The notes: generated from the letters alone by a model not told the origin. Counted from the stretch's first letter, positions 10,861 to 21,475 are shown. The stretch: DNA of 64,000 nt from an uncultured Holophaga sp. (GCA_963664825.1 OY761614.1:1824001-1888000), one strand, 5' to 3'. Program-made: numbers and translations.

Positions 10861-11460
10861 CTACAGAGGGGAAGACTCGAGAACCAGACCCTTCGGCACC
10901 GTCACCCAGCGCGATCCGGCGGCGGCGAAGCGGAGCCTCGCCTGGCGATCGTCTCCGGTGGCGAAGTCCACCCCCACCCTCGGCCCCGTGAGGACCCGTT
11001 CCAGGGCCTCGCCCTGCCTCAGTTCCAGACCCCCCGCTTCGAAGAGGAGGTGGCGGTTGAAGCTGCGATCCAGCCCAAGAGCCTGGGCCACCTTCCCGGG
11101 GCCTGTGAGGAGCGCGGGGCCCTCCAGGTGGCCACGGCGTTCCAGGATCCGGGGCAGCCCCTCCAGGGGTTCGCAGGCGCGGATGAGCACGGCGGAAGCC
11201 TCGTCCGAGGGCCCCGTCACCGCGTTCAGCATGTGGTGCATCCCGTAACAGAAATAGATGTAGGCGCGGCCGCCCTCTTCCCACATGGGGGCGTTGCGCG
11301 CTGTTCGCCCGTGCCGGGCGTGGCTGGCGCTATCGCTGGGGCCGCCATAGGCCTCCACCTCCGTGATGCGCAGGACGATGTCTTCCCGGCAGAGCAGCTG
11401 CCCCAGGAGATCCCGTGCCACGTCCTTCGCCGGGCGCAGGAAGAAGGATCTTGGGATCAG
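10861..11460 (-). CDS. mpg: 3-methyladenine DNA glycosylase (AAG/MPG family); start codon uncertain
   Basis: ITEVEAY, DSASHA, YIYFCYGMH, AVLIRA, GPGK, PRVGV. Confidence 0.9.
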   Translation of the reverse strand: MIPRSFFLRPAKDVARDLLGQLLCREDIVLRITEVEAYGGPSDSASHARHGRTARNAPMWEEGGRAYIYFCYGMHHMLNAVTGPSDEASAVLIRACEPLEGLPRILERRGHLEGPALLTGPGKVAQALGLDRSFNRHLLFEAGGLELRQGEALERVLTGPRVGVDFATGDDRQARLRFAAAGSRWVTVPKGLVLESSPL

Positions 11461-12830
11461 TCCTCCGCGGTGAAACACCGCCGCCCCCGGATGTAGGTGG
11501 CTCGCACCATACCGGGATGTTCCCGGTAGAGCATGCGGGAGAGGGTGAGTTCCGCCGGTTCGGAAGGGCGCTGCTCGGCGGGGTTGACGATGCGGGGATC
11601 CACCACCACGAAGTCGGCCTCCTTGCCCGAGGTCAGGCTGCCGATGCGGTCCTGCATACCCAGGGCCCGGGCGCCGCCCAGGGTCGCCAGGTGGAAGGCC
11701 TGGACCGGATCCACGGGCGCGCCCGCATTCAGGGCGAGCGCTTCGATGATCTCGGCCCACTGAGTTGCCCCAAGGGTTTTCAGTTTCTGGATCCCATCGA
11801 TGAGTGTCTGGCCCTCGGCTAGTTTCAGTTTTGAAGCGGTGCAGGCGAAGGCCGCCTCGGCCCACATGGAGAGGCTGGGCCCTGCACCCACGTCCGTGCC
11901 GAGGCCCAGGGAGATCCCCTCCTCCATCCAGCGGCGCAGGGGCATGATGCCGCTCTTGAGGAAGGCGTTGGACCGGGGGCAGTGGACGAGGGTGGTCCCC
12001 GATTCGCGGATGAGGGCCCGCTCATGGGGATCTAGGTGGATCCCGTGCCCCAGCAGTGTGCGTGGGCCCAGCAGGCCCATGCGCCGGTAGACATCGGTGT
12101 AGTTGGAGGCTTCGGGGAAGAGCTCCTTCACCAGTCGCAATTCATTGAGGTTCTCGCTGACATGGGTCTGGATGTAGGCACCGTGCTTCAACGCCAGGGC
12201 GCCGGCGCCCCGCATCAGTTCCGGCGAACAGGTGGGGGCGAAACGGGGCGTGAAGGCGTATTGCAGGCGGCCATTGTCCCGACCATGCCAGGTCTGGCAG
12301 AGGGCCTCGCTCTGGGCCAGGCTGGTGGCCGTATCCTCCTGGAGGGCCTCGGGGGAATTGCGATCCATCATCATCTTGCCGATCACGGCGCGGATGCCGG
12401 CGCGTTCCGCCTCCCGGAAGGCGGCATCCGTGGCGGAGGCATGGACAGTGGTATAGATGACGGCCGTGGTGGTGCCTCGGTAGAGCAGCCCCTTGAAGAA
12501 CCGGGCCGCGGAACGTTGGGCCAGATCGACATCGGCGAAGCGCGCTTCGGCGGGGAAGATGAAGGTCTCCAGCCAGGGCAGCAGTTCCAGCCCATCCATG
12601 GCCACGGCCTCGTGCTGGGGCAGGTGCACGTGGAGATCGACCATGCCGGGCAGGATCCAGAGAGGGCGGAGATCCTGGGAGGGGACGCCTTCGAAGCGCG
12701 GCGAGAGTTCGTCCCAGGCGCCACAGGCTTGGATGAGGCCCTTCTCGTCCACGGCCAGGAGGCCGTCGGGAAATTCCTGAAGCTGGTCTGAAGCGCGAGG
12801 GCTCAGTAGGTGAGCGCGAAAGAGCTGCAT
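11457..12830 (-). CDS. guaD: Guanine deaminase (amidohydrolase superfamily)
   Basis: PGMVDLHVHLPQ, TPRFAPTCS, QTHVSEN, GTDVGAG. Confidence 0.9.
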   Translation of the reverse strand: MQLFRAHLLSPRASDQLQEFPDGLLAVDEKGLIQACGAWDELSPRFEGVPSQDLRPLWILPGMVDLHVHLPQHEAVAMDGLELLPWLETFIFPAEARFADVDLAQRSAARFFKGLLYRGTTTAVIYTTVHASATDAAFREAERAGIRAVIGKMMMDRNSPEALQEDTATSLAQSEALCQTWHGRDNGRLQYAFTPRFAPTCSPELMRGAGALALKHGAYIQTHVSENLNELRLVKELFPEASNYTDVYRRMGLLGPRTLLGHGIHLDPHERALIRESGTTLVHCPRSNAFLKSGIMPLRRWMEEGISLGLGTDVGAGPSLSMWAEAAFACTASKLKLAEGQTLIDGIQKLKTLGATQWAEIIEALALNAGAPVDPVQAFHLATLGGARALGMQDRIGSLTSGKEADFVVVDPRIVNPAEQRPSEPAELTLSRMLYREHPGMVRATYIRGRRCFTAED

Positions 12831-12841
12831 GAGCGAACCAG

Positions 12842-12916
12842 AAAAAAGGCCGCAAAGGCGGCCTGGGTAAAGATACCACAAGTACAAAGACAGCGGGCCC
12901 GAGGGCCCGCTGTCTC
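12842..12916 (-). terminator. Two tandem terminator-like hairpins between gdhA and guaD
   Basis: AGACAGCGGGCCC-ga-GGGCCCGCTGTCT, then (minus strand) AGGCCGC-cttt-GCGGCCT-TTTTT. Confidence 0.65.
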
Positions 12917-12932
12917 CTGGAGATCGAAGGGG

Positions 12933-14282
12933 CTAGACGAGGCCCTGATCGATCATGGCATCGCCGACCTTGAGGAAGCCGGCGATATTGGCTCCGTTCA
13001 CGTAGTTGCCGGGGGTGCCGAACTTGGCAGCGGCTTCCACGCAGGCCTTGTGGATGTTGATCATGATCTGGTGGAGCTTCTGGTCCACTTCCTCGGCCGT
13101 CCAGCCCAGGCGCATGGAGTTCTGGCTCATCTCGAGGCCGGAGGTGGCCACGCCACCCGCGTTGGAGGCCTTGCCGGGGGAGAACATGATCTTGCCGGTG
13201 TTGGCCATGAAGAATTCCACGGCCTCCAAGGTGGAGCTCATGTTGGAGCCCTCGGTAACGACCTGACAGCCGTTGGCGAAGAGGGTCTTGGCTTCGTCCA
13301 GGTTCAGCTCGTTCTGGATGGCGCAGGGCAGGGCCACATCGACCTTCTGCTCCCAGGGGCGCTTGCCGGGGATGAACTTGGCGGTCTTGAACTTGGCGGC
13401 GAAGGGGGCCACGGAGCGCGAATTGGTGCGCAGCATCTCCGTCATGTAGGCGGCCTTCTCGAGGGTCATGCCGGCTTCGTCATAGATGTAGCCGTCGGGG
13501 CCGGAGATGGTCACGACCTTGGCGCCCAGCTGGACGCACTTGGTCACCGCGCCCCAGGCCACGTTGCCGAAGCCGGAGATGGCGACCTTCTTGCCCTTCA
13601 GGCTCTGGCCCTTGGTCTTCAGCATCTCTTCGCAGAAGTAGACCACGCCGAAGCCGGTGGCTTCGGGGCGAACGAGGCTGCCGCCCCAGTTCAGGCCCTT
13701 GCCCGTGAGCACGCCCGTGAACTCGTTGCGGAGCTTCTTGTACTGGCCGAACATGTAGCCCACTTCCCGGCCGCCCACGCCGATATCACCGGCGGGCACG
13801 TCGGTGTCAGCGCCGATGTGGCGGAAGAGTTCGGACATGAAGGCCTGGCAGAAGCGCATGATCTCGTTGTCGGACTTGCCGGCCGGATCGAAGTTGGAAC
13901 CGCCCTTGCCGCCGCCCATGGGCAGGCTGGTGAGGCTGTTCTTCAGGATCTGCTCGAAGCCCAAGAACTTCAGCGTGTCTAGGCTGACGGTGGGATGGAA
14001 GCGGATGCCGCCCTTGTAGGGGCCGATGGCGCTGTTGAACTGCACACGCCAGCCGTTGTTGATCTGGTACTCGCCCTTGTCGTCCTGCCAGCAGACGCGG
14101 AAGGAGATGATGCGCTCGGGCTCGACGAGACGCTCGAGCACCTTGTGCTTGCGGTACTTGGGATCGGCCTCGACCACGGGGGCCAGGGAGTTCAGGATCT
14201 CGGTGGCCGCCTGGATGAAGAGGGTTTCCCAGGGGTATTTCTTCTTCAGACCTTCCAGAACTTCATTGACGTACTGACTCAT
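12933..14282 (-). CDS. gdhA: NADP-specific glutamate dehydrogenase
   Basis: GPYKGGIRFHP, GGGKGGS, DVPAGDIGVG, RPEATG, NAGGVATSGLEM. Confidence 0.96.
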   Translation of the reverse strand: MSQYVNEVLEGLKKKYPWETLFIQAATEILNSLAPVVEADPKYRKHKVLERLVEPERIISFRVCWQDDKGEYQINNGWRVQFNSAIGPYKGGIRFHPTVSLDTLKFLGFEQILKNSLTSLPMGGGKGGSNFDPAGKSDNEIMRFCQAFMSELFRHIGADTDVPAGDIGVGGREVGYMFGQYKKLRNEFTGVLTGKGLNWGGSLVRPEATGFGVVYFCEEMLKTKGQSLKGKKVAISGFGNVAWGAVTKCVQLGAKVVTISGPDGYIYDEAGMTLEKAAYMTEMLRTNSRSVAPFAAKFKTAKFIPGKRPWEQKVDVALPCAIQNELNLDEAKTLFANGCQVVTEGSNMSSTLEAVEFFMANTGKIMFSPGKASNAGGVATSGLEMSQNSMRLGWTAEEVDQKLHQIMINIHKACVEAAAKFGTPGNYVNGANIAGFLKVGDAMIDQGLV

Positions 14283-14437
14283 GGTGTCTCCATGAAAGGG
14301 TGGGTTGAAACTTCCTTACATACCGTCAAGGCCGCGGCTGGCCCAGGCATCCCGCCTGACGCGACTACTCTAGCGCTGAGTCCGTGTGTCCAGAGCGCGG
14401 AGCGAGTGAGTCGTGACCATCGGCACTGCGAACGAGC

Positions 14438-15256
14438 CTACTTGGTCTGCTGCTGAGCCTTGAGTTTCTCGGCCACCTGGGCGAGCTTCTTGGCGCCAAC
14501 CTTGAAGTAGACGTAAGAGATGGTCCAGGGCTTCCCGGCTTCCTGCTGGTAGACGCTCACCTGCATGATGGTCGTGCCCTGGTAGCCCAGGTAGACATCC
14601 TTGATCTTGGTATTGGTGGCGTTCAGCTTGACTTCCAGGACGGTGACATCGGGCCAGAGTTCAGCGGGAACGCCCTTCATCACACGGTACAGGCCCCCCG
14701 CCAGGGCTGCGCGCAGCTGGGCGGCGTTGTTCTTGACGCTCTCGAAATCGGGGTTGGGGCGACCATCGGGGAACTTGGGCGTCGTCGGCAGCTGGTCGAG
14801 CTTTTCGAGGTTGAGGGAAGCCATGTTCTCGGGGAGGGCCGGTTTCACGGCCTTGCCCTTCTTAGGAGCGGCCTGCTGTCCGGAGGCGGCGAGCTGGTCG
14901 AGGGCGTCCTGCAGATCCTTATGGCTGACGTCTGCGGTGAAGTAGCCCTTCGCGCAGAAAGGTTCGAGGCCGAAGGCCTTGATCTCTTCTGCGGTGTAGG
15001 AGATGCCCATGTCGCCGGCGTGCTTGTTGAACCACCAGGCGGAGCCGTGGATGATATCGGGGTCCACCGGGACGATGAGGCTGGTGTGCTTCATGTCCTT
15101 GCGAACGGCCATGTACTGGAGATGCTGAAGCACCTCATGGGGCTCCATGATGGCTGTGGGAGCCGTCGTGGGAATCTTGTCGGCAGGCTTGCTATCGCAG
15201 CCGAGGATGAGGGCGATACCGGCCACGGCCGGAATCCAAGCACGGTTGAAAGACAT
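14438..15256 (-). CDS. Hypothetical lipoprotein
   Basis: AGGAGG SD, lipobox LILGC, host-like codon usage. Confidence 0.7.
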   Translation of the reverse strand: MSFNRAWIPAVAGIALILGCDSKPADKIPTTAPTAIMEPHEVLQHLQYMAVRKDMKHTSLIVPVDPDIIHGSAWWFNKHAGDMGISYTAEEIKAFGLEPFCAKGYFTADVSHKDLQDALDQLAASGQQAAPKKGKAVKPALPENMASLNLEKLDQLPTTPKFPDGRPNPDFESVKNNAAQLRAALAGGLYRVMKGVPAELWPDVTVLEVKLNATNTKIKDVYLGYQGTTIMQVSVYQQEAGKPWTISYVYFKVGAKKLAQVAEKLKAQQQTK

Positions 15257-15323
15257 GTAGCCTCCTATGGGATCTGACAGAATGATTCCCGAATTGTTCG
15301 TGATTCTACCAAAACAGGACCAA

Positions 15324-15782
15324 GTGTATCCCATTCATCTCATCGCCATTGGCAAGCCGAAGTTAGAAGGTGTTCGGCAACTGGAGTCCCATTACCGGGA
15401 CCTCCTGAAGGGCTTTGCCCGGTTTGAGCTCCTGGAGCTCCCGGAGGGGCGGGGAACGCCTGCCCGCCAGCTTTTGGAGGAGGCCAAGCGCCTGCGCACC
15501 CATCTGGGGGCCGTGCGCTGCCCGGTGCTCCTTTCCGCCGAAGGCCCCCGCCGCAGTTCGGAAGATTTTGCCGCCTGGCTGGGCCTCCGGATGGACCGTG
15601 GCGAGAGCCTGACCTTCGCCATCGGCTCCAGCCACGGTTTCGACCCCGCCCTCAAGGCCGATATCCGGGAGCACCTGAGCCTCTCTCCCATGACTTTCCC
15701 CCACGATCTGAGTCGGGTGATGTTCCTGGAACAGCTCTACCGGGCCTTCACCATCCTGAAGGGGAAGACCTACCACAAATGA
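15324..15782 (+). CDS. rlmH: 23S rRNA (pseudouridine1915-N3)-methyltransferase
   Basis: FAIGSSHG, LSLSPMTFPH, LEQLYRAFTI..G..YHK. Confidence 0.93.
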   Translation: MYPIHLIAIGKPKLEGVRQLESHYRDLLKGFARFELLELPEGRGTPARQLLEEAKRLRTHLGAVRCPVLLSAEGPRRSSEDFAAWLGLRMDRGESLTFAIGSSHGFDPALKADIREHLSLSPMTFPHDLSRVMFLEQLYRAFTILKGKTYHK

Positions 15783-16952
15783 TCACTCCGTCAGGCGGAG
15801 CGCCTCCTCGAGGGCGAGCTTGAGGGTCAGGATCCGGAAGGGCAGGACGGGCACATAGTCCAGGGCCCCCAGGAACCGGGCCCGCTCCCGCTTGAGTTCC
15901 AGATCATCCTCGCTGCCCGCTAATAGGATCGGCAGGGGGCAGTTCTCCTCCTCCACCAGTTTCCGCAACAGTTCCATCCCACTGAGCAGCCGCAGCCGAT
16001 GATGCACCAGGATCATCCGGATGCGTCCCCAGCCCTGGGCCCCCTCTGTCAGGGCGGCGGCCAGGGGTTGGACAGGGCCCTGCAAGTAGTCCAGCGCCGC
16101 GAAACCAAAGATCCGCCCCAGGCCCTTGGCCAAATGCTCAGGCAGCGAATTCCCTTCGGCAATCACCAGGACCATGGGGTCCCGGTCCTCCAGGATCCGG
16201 ATCCGGGCTCCCGGCTTTTCACCAGAGGGCCCCAGGTTTCGGACCGTTCTCGCGCCTCCGGAATTGAAGGTCTCCCGGTCCCGCTGCATCTGGGTGAGGA
16301 GCGAATCCATCAGCCAGGTCCGGTAGGTGCGCAGGGCGGCCCCGGCCCCCTCCTCCTGGAAGATGATCCCGGCCAGTCCCTCGCGGAAATAGGCCACGGT
16401 CCCCTGCAGGCGGAGCCGCACGCCTGGCCCCAGGGTGAGCTCGATGGTGCTGGTGCCCTCCACCCGCAGCAGATCCAATCGTGAGGCATCGATCCCCTCG
16501 GGGCGCAGTTCGATCCCTTCGGCACCCATGGCGCGGACACGCCCCTCGCAGACATCGTGGCTTGGCGTCGAGAATAGGCAGGTGATGGGATTGTGCGGCA
16601 CGAAATTGGAGAATCGGCTGTCATCCAGGCAGACCAGCAGGCGGGGTTGTTCGAAGTAGTAGCAAGGGATGCCATCCAGGCAGCCCGGCTCCACCATGGA
16701 GAGGGTCGCCTCGAAGCGCTGACCCCGGTCGAGGAAAAAGGCATTGAGATGCCCGCCGGGCAGGAGATTCCATTGCAGGCGCTCGGCCTCTGAAATGGCG
16801 ACGGCGATCCGTCCCTCCGACTCGGCCAGTAGGGGGAAGAGCCCCCGGCGGACGCCCTTCCGCAGGAAGAGGCTGGCCCCCTCCCGACAGAGCCTCTGGA
16901 AGGCCATCCGGACGGTCTGGGCGTTGTCGATGGGGAGCGGGCTGATGGGCAC
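15783..16952 (-). CDS. PilZ-like plus receiver-like domain protein
   Basis: Central R.S.F / MGAEG beta domain; C-terminal receiver fold (SGMELLRKL..PILL..GALDY). Confidence 0.55.
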   Translation of the reverse strand: MPISPLPIDNAQTVRMAFQRLCREGASLFLRKGVRRGLFPLLAESEGRIAVAISEAERLQWNLLPGGHLNAFFLDRGQRFEATLSMVEPGCLDGIPCYYFEQPRLLVCLDDSRFSNFVPHNPITCLFSTPSHDVCEGRVRAMGAEGIELRPEGIDASRLDLLRVEGTSTIELTLGPGVRLRLQGTVAYFREGLAGIIFQEEGAGAALRTYRTWLMDSLLTQMQRDRETFNSGGARTVRNLGPSGEKPGARIRILEDRDPMVLVIAEGNSLPEHLAKGLGRIFGFAALDYLQGPVQPLAAALTEGAQGWGRIRMILVHHRLRLLSGMELLRKLVEEENCPLPILLAGSEDDLELKRERARFLGALDYVPVLPFRILTLKLALEEALRLTE

Positions 16953-17014
16953 ACCGCTATTATCGGCAGGGCTTCAGTGAACCCGAATTTTAAGTGCAGG
17001 ATCCCAAGCCGCAG

Positions 17015-17959
17015 TCAGGGGTGAGTCGAATCCAACACTTCTGCCACTGCGGCGTAGGGATCCATGTTCCTTTCCGCGATGGCTGCGATGAGGCCCTCCA
17101 CCTTGGCCTGTCCCACCCGATCACAGGCGCGCCGCGAGGCCTCCTCCGCCAGCAGTCCCGTGAAACGCAAGCGGGCCCGCTCCCGGGCCTTCCGCTGCAG
17201 GCCACCGTGTTCCCTCAGCCAGAGGCCGTGCTCGCGCACCTTGGCCACCAATTCGGGAATGCCCTCTCCCAGGGCCGCCACCGTGCGCAGGATGGGGGAA
17301 TCCCAGGGGCGGGTGGGCGACAGGGACTTCATGCCCTCGATCTCCCGCTCCACCTTTTCGACCCCATCCCGGTCGGCCTTGTTGATGACGAAGATATCGG
17401 CCACTTCCATGATTCCGGCTTTGAGAGCCTGGATCTCATCCCCCATGCCGGGGATGAGCACCACCACGCAGGTCTGGACGCAGCTCACCACATCCACCTC
17501 GTCCTGGCCCACGCCCACGGTCTCCACCAGCACGATGTCGTAGCCGGCGGCGTCCAGGAGGTCGATGGCATCCTGCGTGGCCCGGGCCAGCCCCCCGAGG
17601 GCCCCCCGGGTGGCCATGGAGCGGATGAAGATGCCGGGGTCATCGGCGATCTGGTTCATGCGGATGCGGTCCCCCAGGATGGCGCCGCCGCTGAAGGGCG
17701 AGGTGGGGTCCACCGCCAGGATGCCCACCTTCTTGCCTTCGGCGCGCAGGGCCCTGGCCAGCTTATCGGTGAGTGTCGACTTGCCCGCGCCCGGAGCGCC
17801 GGTGATCCCCAGAACGGCGGCTCGGCCCATGTGGGGCCAGACCAGGGACATGAGCTCCCGGGCCTGGGGGTGGCCGTTCTCCATCCAGGTGATGGCTCGG
17901 GCGAGGGCCCTGGGTTGGCCATCCAGGAGGGGGCGGAGGAGATCCGAGGCGCATTCCAT
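17015..17959 (-). CDS. meaB: Methylmalonyl-CoA mutase-associated GTPase
   Basis: GITGAPGAGKST, AVDPTSPFSGGAILGDRIRM, ETVGVGQ, NKAD. Confidence 0.95.
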   Translation of the reverse strand: MECASDLLRPLLDGQPRALARAITWMENGHPQARELMSLVWPHMGRAAVLGITGAPGAGKSTLTDKLARALRAEGKKVGILAVDPTSPFSGGAILGDRIRMNQIADDPGIFIRSMATRGALGGLARATQDAIDLLDAAGYDIVLVETVGVGQDEVDVVSCVQTCVVVLIPGMGDEIQALKAGIMEVADIFVINKADRDGVEKVEREIEGMKSLSPTRPWDSPILRTVAALGEGIPELVAKVREHGLWLREHGGLQRKARERARLRFTGLLAEEASRRACDRVGQAKVEGLIAAIAERNMDPYAAVAEVLDSTHP

Positions 17960-18054
17960 GGGACCAGGATGCCAGATTCACCACCTCCGCCCTTCGGCCT
18001 TTTCCCCGCGGATGGTAAGCTTTTATCTTGTGTTCAAGGCAACCCGAGGCCCTC

Positions 18055-18456
18055 ATGCCCCTTCCCAAGCCCCTTCAGCCCCGGCCCCGCAAGGAGAAGC
18101 CCTCCGAGCCCACCCAGTCCGGAGCCCCAGGGACCGTGCGGGTCCAGAAGCGCGACCCTTCCGCCCCTCCGGAACCCCGGGAGAAACTCTGCGCCACCTG
18201 CGGGAAGCCCTTCACGGTGACCCCCGATGAGAGGTTCTTCGCCTGTCCGGACTGCTACCGGAAGAGCCTGCCCCCGCACAAGTCCAAGAAACGGGGAGAG
18301 GCCCAGGTCCTGGTCCAGATCGAATGCGCCCAGTGCGGCGCCAAGGAATTCCTGAGTTTTGCCCCTACGGATCCCAAGACCGTCCTCTGCCGGGCCTGTT
18401 TCTCGAAACAGAAGCGGGAACTAAAGCTCGCTTCGCTACACCCCACCCGTCGATAG
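18055..18456 (+). CDS. Double zinc-ribbon (CxxC-x-CxxC) protein
   Basis: CATC..CPDC and CAQC..CRAC. Confidence 0.7.
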   Translation: MPLPKPLQPRPRKEKPSEPTQSGAPGTVRVQKRDPSAPPEPREKLCATCGKPFTVTPDERFFACPDCYRKSLPPHKSKKRGEAQVLVQIECAQCGAKEFLSFAPTDPKTVLCRACFSKQKRELKLASLHPTRR

Positions 18457-18470
18457 GAGTTCATTCCCCC

Positions 18471-19595
18471 ATGCGTTTTCCCCTTGCCCTCGTCCTTCCC
18501 CTTTCCCTGAGCCTCTGCGCCCAGACCGCATCCAAGCCCAAGCCCAAGACTAAGGCCGCTGCTCCCGCCAAGGTGAATCCCGAGGCGCAGGCGGCGCGGC
18601 AGACCCTGGAATCCGTCCTCAATTCCATCAACAACACCTGGTTTGGTCAGGCCTACCGGGATATCAATGCCGTCGATATCCAAGGCAGCCTCGCAGTCCA
18701 GGTCTCTGCGGCCACCGTCAACGCCAAGGTGGATCAGCTCAGCCAGGGCCAGCTCAAGGGGGGCGTCACCCAGAACGGCAAGGCCACCCTTCAGATCAAG
18801 AGCACCTACTTTGCCAATGCGGATTTCAAGACCGAAGCCACGGGCAGTTTCGGAAACCTGCTCTGGTACCGGGTGGGCAACCGCGGCTTTCGCTACAGCC
18901 AGACCCAGAACGCCTACACCACCCGCGTGGACCCGGGTCCCAGCGATGTGCCGACGTCCTACCTGGGCTGGTTCCGTTCCATGCTGAACGACATCAAGGC
19001 CGTCTATGTGGATGGCCCCGTCTTCAAGGCCAGCTTCGGGAAAGAGGAGAACGTGGGTGGCAAGAGCCTCCAGACCCTTGTCTTCAACGCCCCCACGTCG
19101 GCCTACGATGCCAAGAAGCGGGAGCAGAGCCTGGCCGATACCCTGGGCTTCTGGAAGCGGGGACGCCTGGAGATTCAGGTGGAGAAGACCACCCGTTTGC
19201 CCCACCGCATGAGCTTCACCAATGTCGGCCAGGGGATTCGGACCCAGATGGACTTCACCTATGACGCCAAGGGCCTTCCCCTCTCCATCAATATCACCAA
19301 CCACAGCAAGGGCATGGAAGGCCCCGGATACATCAAGGTGGGCTACGCGAATGGCCTCATGAGCAATGTCTCCGGCGAGCTGAGCGGCCAGGACAAGAAG
19401 GTGGACTTCAATCTGAATCTCGCCTGGGCCAAGGGCAAGAAGGTGAGCTCCATCCGGAGCGTGCCCCCTCCCACCGCCAATAAGCGCAGCAGCGAGGATC
19501 TGGAGATCGCCCTGCTCACCGGCCTGGCCCAGAACATCCTGGAACTCCAGCGTTCCGGACTGAACCTCCGCAGTGTCTCCCTTGGTGGAAAGTAA
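18471..19595 (+). CDS. Exported hypothetical protein
   Basis: Signal peptide, AGGAG SD, strong host-like codon bias. Confidence 0.75.
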   Translation: MRFPLALVLPLSLSLCAQTASKPKPKTKAAAPAKVNPEAQAARQTLESVLNSINNTWFGQAYRDINAVDIQGSLAVQVSAATVNAKVDQLSQGQLKGGVTQNGKATLQIKSTYFANADFKTEATGSFGNLLWYRVGNRGFRYSQTQNAYTTRVDPGPSDVPTSYLGWFRSMLNDIKAVYVDGPVFKASFGKEENVGGKSLQTLVFNAPTSAYDAKKREQSLADTLGFWKRGRLEIQVEKTTRLPHRMSFTNVGQGIRTQMDFTYDAKGLPLSINITNHSKGMEGPGYIKVGYANGLMSNVSGELSGQDKKVDFNLNLAWAKGKKVSSIRSVPPPTANKRSSEDLEIALLTGLAQNILELQRSGLNLRSVSLGGK

Positions 19596-19619
19596 ACCCG
19601 CGATACACTAGGAACCCGT

Positions 19620-19696
19620 CGGGGCGTGGCGCAGCCTGGTAGCGCATCTGCTTTGGGAGCAGAGGGTCGAAGGTTCGAATCCTTTCGCCCCGACCA
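19620..19696 (+). tRNA. tRNA-Pro(TGG)
   Basis: 77-nt cloverleaf, anticodon arm TCTGC-TT-TGG-GA-GCAGA, GGTTCGAATCC, encoded CCA. Confidence 0.97.
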
Positions 19697-19824
19697 ACAT
19701 TCACAACACTTAGAGCCGCTCACCAGGGCGGCTCTTTTGCTGTCTCAAGGGCTTTGCAACCACTTTGCGACCAACACCCTGAAATCTGCCCCCCTCACAG
19801 GAAACAATGAGGGGGGCAGTCGGA

Positions 19825-21243
19825 TCACATTCCTCGGTATTCCGGACGCGGCAAGGTGAACATTCGGACCCGATCACCTCTTCCAAGGACGGTGCTCGCA
19901 TCAGAGCAGATTGGGCAAGTTGGCCACGACCGCTTCCGTGCCTTCCGTATGCCAGGTGGAGATACGATGCCCAGGAACTGAAACAGCTCTATGTCCTCTC
20001 CTGGAGGAACCAAACCTGTCGCCCATGCGATTAGTTGCTGCACTCCCCGAGCAGCGATCTGCATGTTGAAGACCATCATCGATGGTTCCGTGATATTGAT
20101 GCCTCGTACGTATCCTTCATAGGTGCGCTTCTCCCGCTCGTGAGGGGGCAGGCCTTCCGCTTGGAGCCGAGATGGATCGATCTGTCCCGAACAGGCCAGA
20201 CAGGGGGTTCCTGGCAGCATGAAGTTGACACGTCCAACCTCTTTGACCAGCTTGCCGGTTGTCTCGTCCGCTACGAACTGAACTCCCAGGTCGAGCACTG
20301 GAACGAAGAATTGGTGGCAGAGCTGGTTTATGTAAGCTCGGCTGGTCGTATCATCGGTGCCGCAGATGACAGCATCCAGCGCTGCCAGGTGTTGAAGTAG
20401 GTCAGGAGATTCCACCGGGCCGTGCTATGTCTGGACCTGCGCATCGCCTCGGTGAGCCAAGATGTTTCGCTTAACAACCTCGACCTTTGGAGAGCCGATG
20501 TCACCTGGACCGACTCCGAGCATTCTGGGCAGGTTACTGATTGAAACCTGGTCAGGATCGACTAGGACTAACTCTTTGACGCCCGAATGGACACAGAGGG
20601 TGGCGGCAATAGAGCCGATTCCACCGCACCCAACAATGCCGACTCTCAGTTCCTCGAGGGCATGCTGACCATCTTTTCCAAGGAGTCGAGCCTGGCGGTC
20701 AAACTGTTCATCGAAGGTGCTCCCAACCTGCGACACCATTGAATCAGAGCAGGTGATCCGCGTCTCAGCACGGAAGACTTCCACCTTTTCGATTCCCTGC
20801 CACTTTCTCGAGGTGAAGTAGACTCGCCCCTGGACGCAGTTAAGCGTCTGGTCCCAGACCAAGCAGGAATGACTCTTCCCAGGGAGCATGCGCCCAAAGA
20901 ACTCAAAGGTTCTTTCGTTCCCCAAATCGTCAGCCTTGGAAAAGGCAACGGCCCCCTTGGACATTGGGTGGGTATGGACCATGCAGATGCTTCCCTCATG
21001 CTTCTGGGCATGTCGTGCGATCCGCAACATCGCAGAGGGGGCCAAGCTGATTTGATCGAATTCATGCACTTGGAAATCATCTGGCGCTAGGGCCAGGACT
21101 TCCTGAACAAGCAGGATCGCGTCATCACCACCACTTCCAGCCTCTCCACAGACCAGGAAGCAGGCTTGCTCCCTGGTCATATCGGAGAGGAGGTTCAGAA
21201 GGAGGCGGTGATGGGCGTCCAGGATTCGCATCCGGATACCCAT
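19825..21243 (-). pseudogene. JAB/JAMM peptidase - ThiF/E1 fusion interrupted by one in-frame TAG (20425-20427)
   Basis: JAMM E..HTHP..FSKADD; E1 FDRQ..GCGGIGS..D.D.V..SNLPR. After the stop the same frame continues with GTDD..SR..IN, PCLAC and CPIC. Confidence 0.85.
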
Positions 21244-21253
21244 CTCTGCTCTC

Positions 21254-21475
21254 CTAGGCTGCACTGGTGAAGCGTGTCTGGCAAAAACGCAGGTGGCTCA
21301 GCAGACAGCTAGTGCCGGGCCTCCAATTACTCTGCGGGTCCCGGTAGTGCCAGCTGAATCGCTGCCAGGTCTTCCCTAGATGCGGTTCAAGGCAGCTTGC
21401 GCCACCGGGCTCACGTCCGTCGCTGAGCCGCAATGTCGGATCCAGCCAGAACATGTCCATACCGGCCATGGGGTA
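21254..21475 (-). pseudogene. Prokaryotic E2 (family E-like), C-terminal fragment with 5' end deleted
   Basis: YP..DMFW.DP.LRL.DG..P..WQRFSWH..W.PG...L..HL pattern; no native start. Confidence 0.75.

Noticed and set aside
20425..20427. Pyrrolysine recoding of the TAG
   Set aside because: No pyl genes in the window, many ordinary genes here end in TAG, and neighbouring genes are truncated, which favours pseudogenisation.
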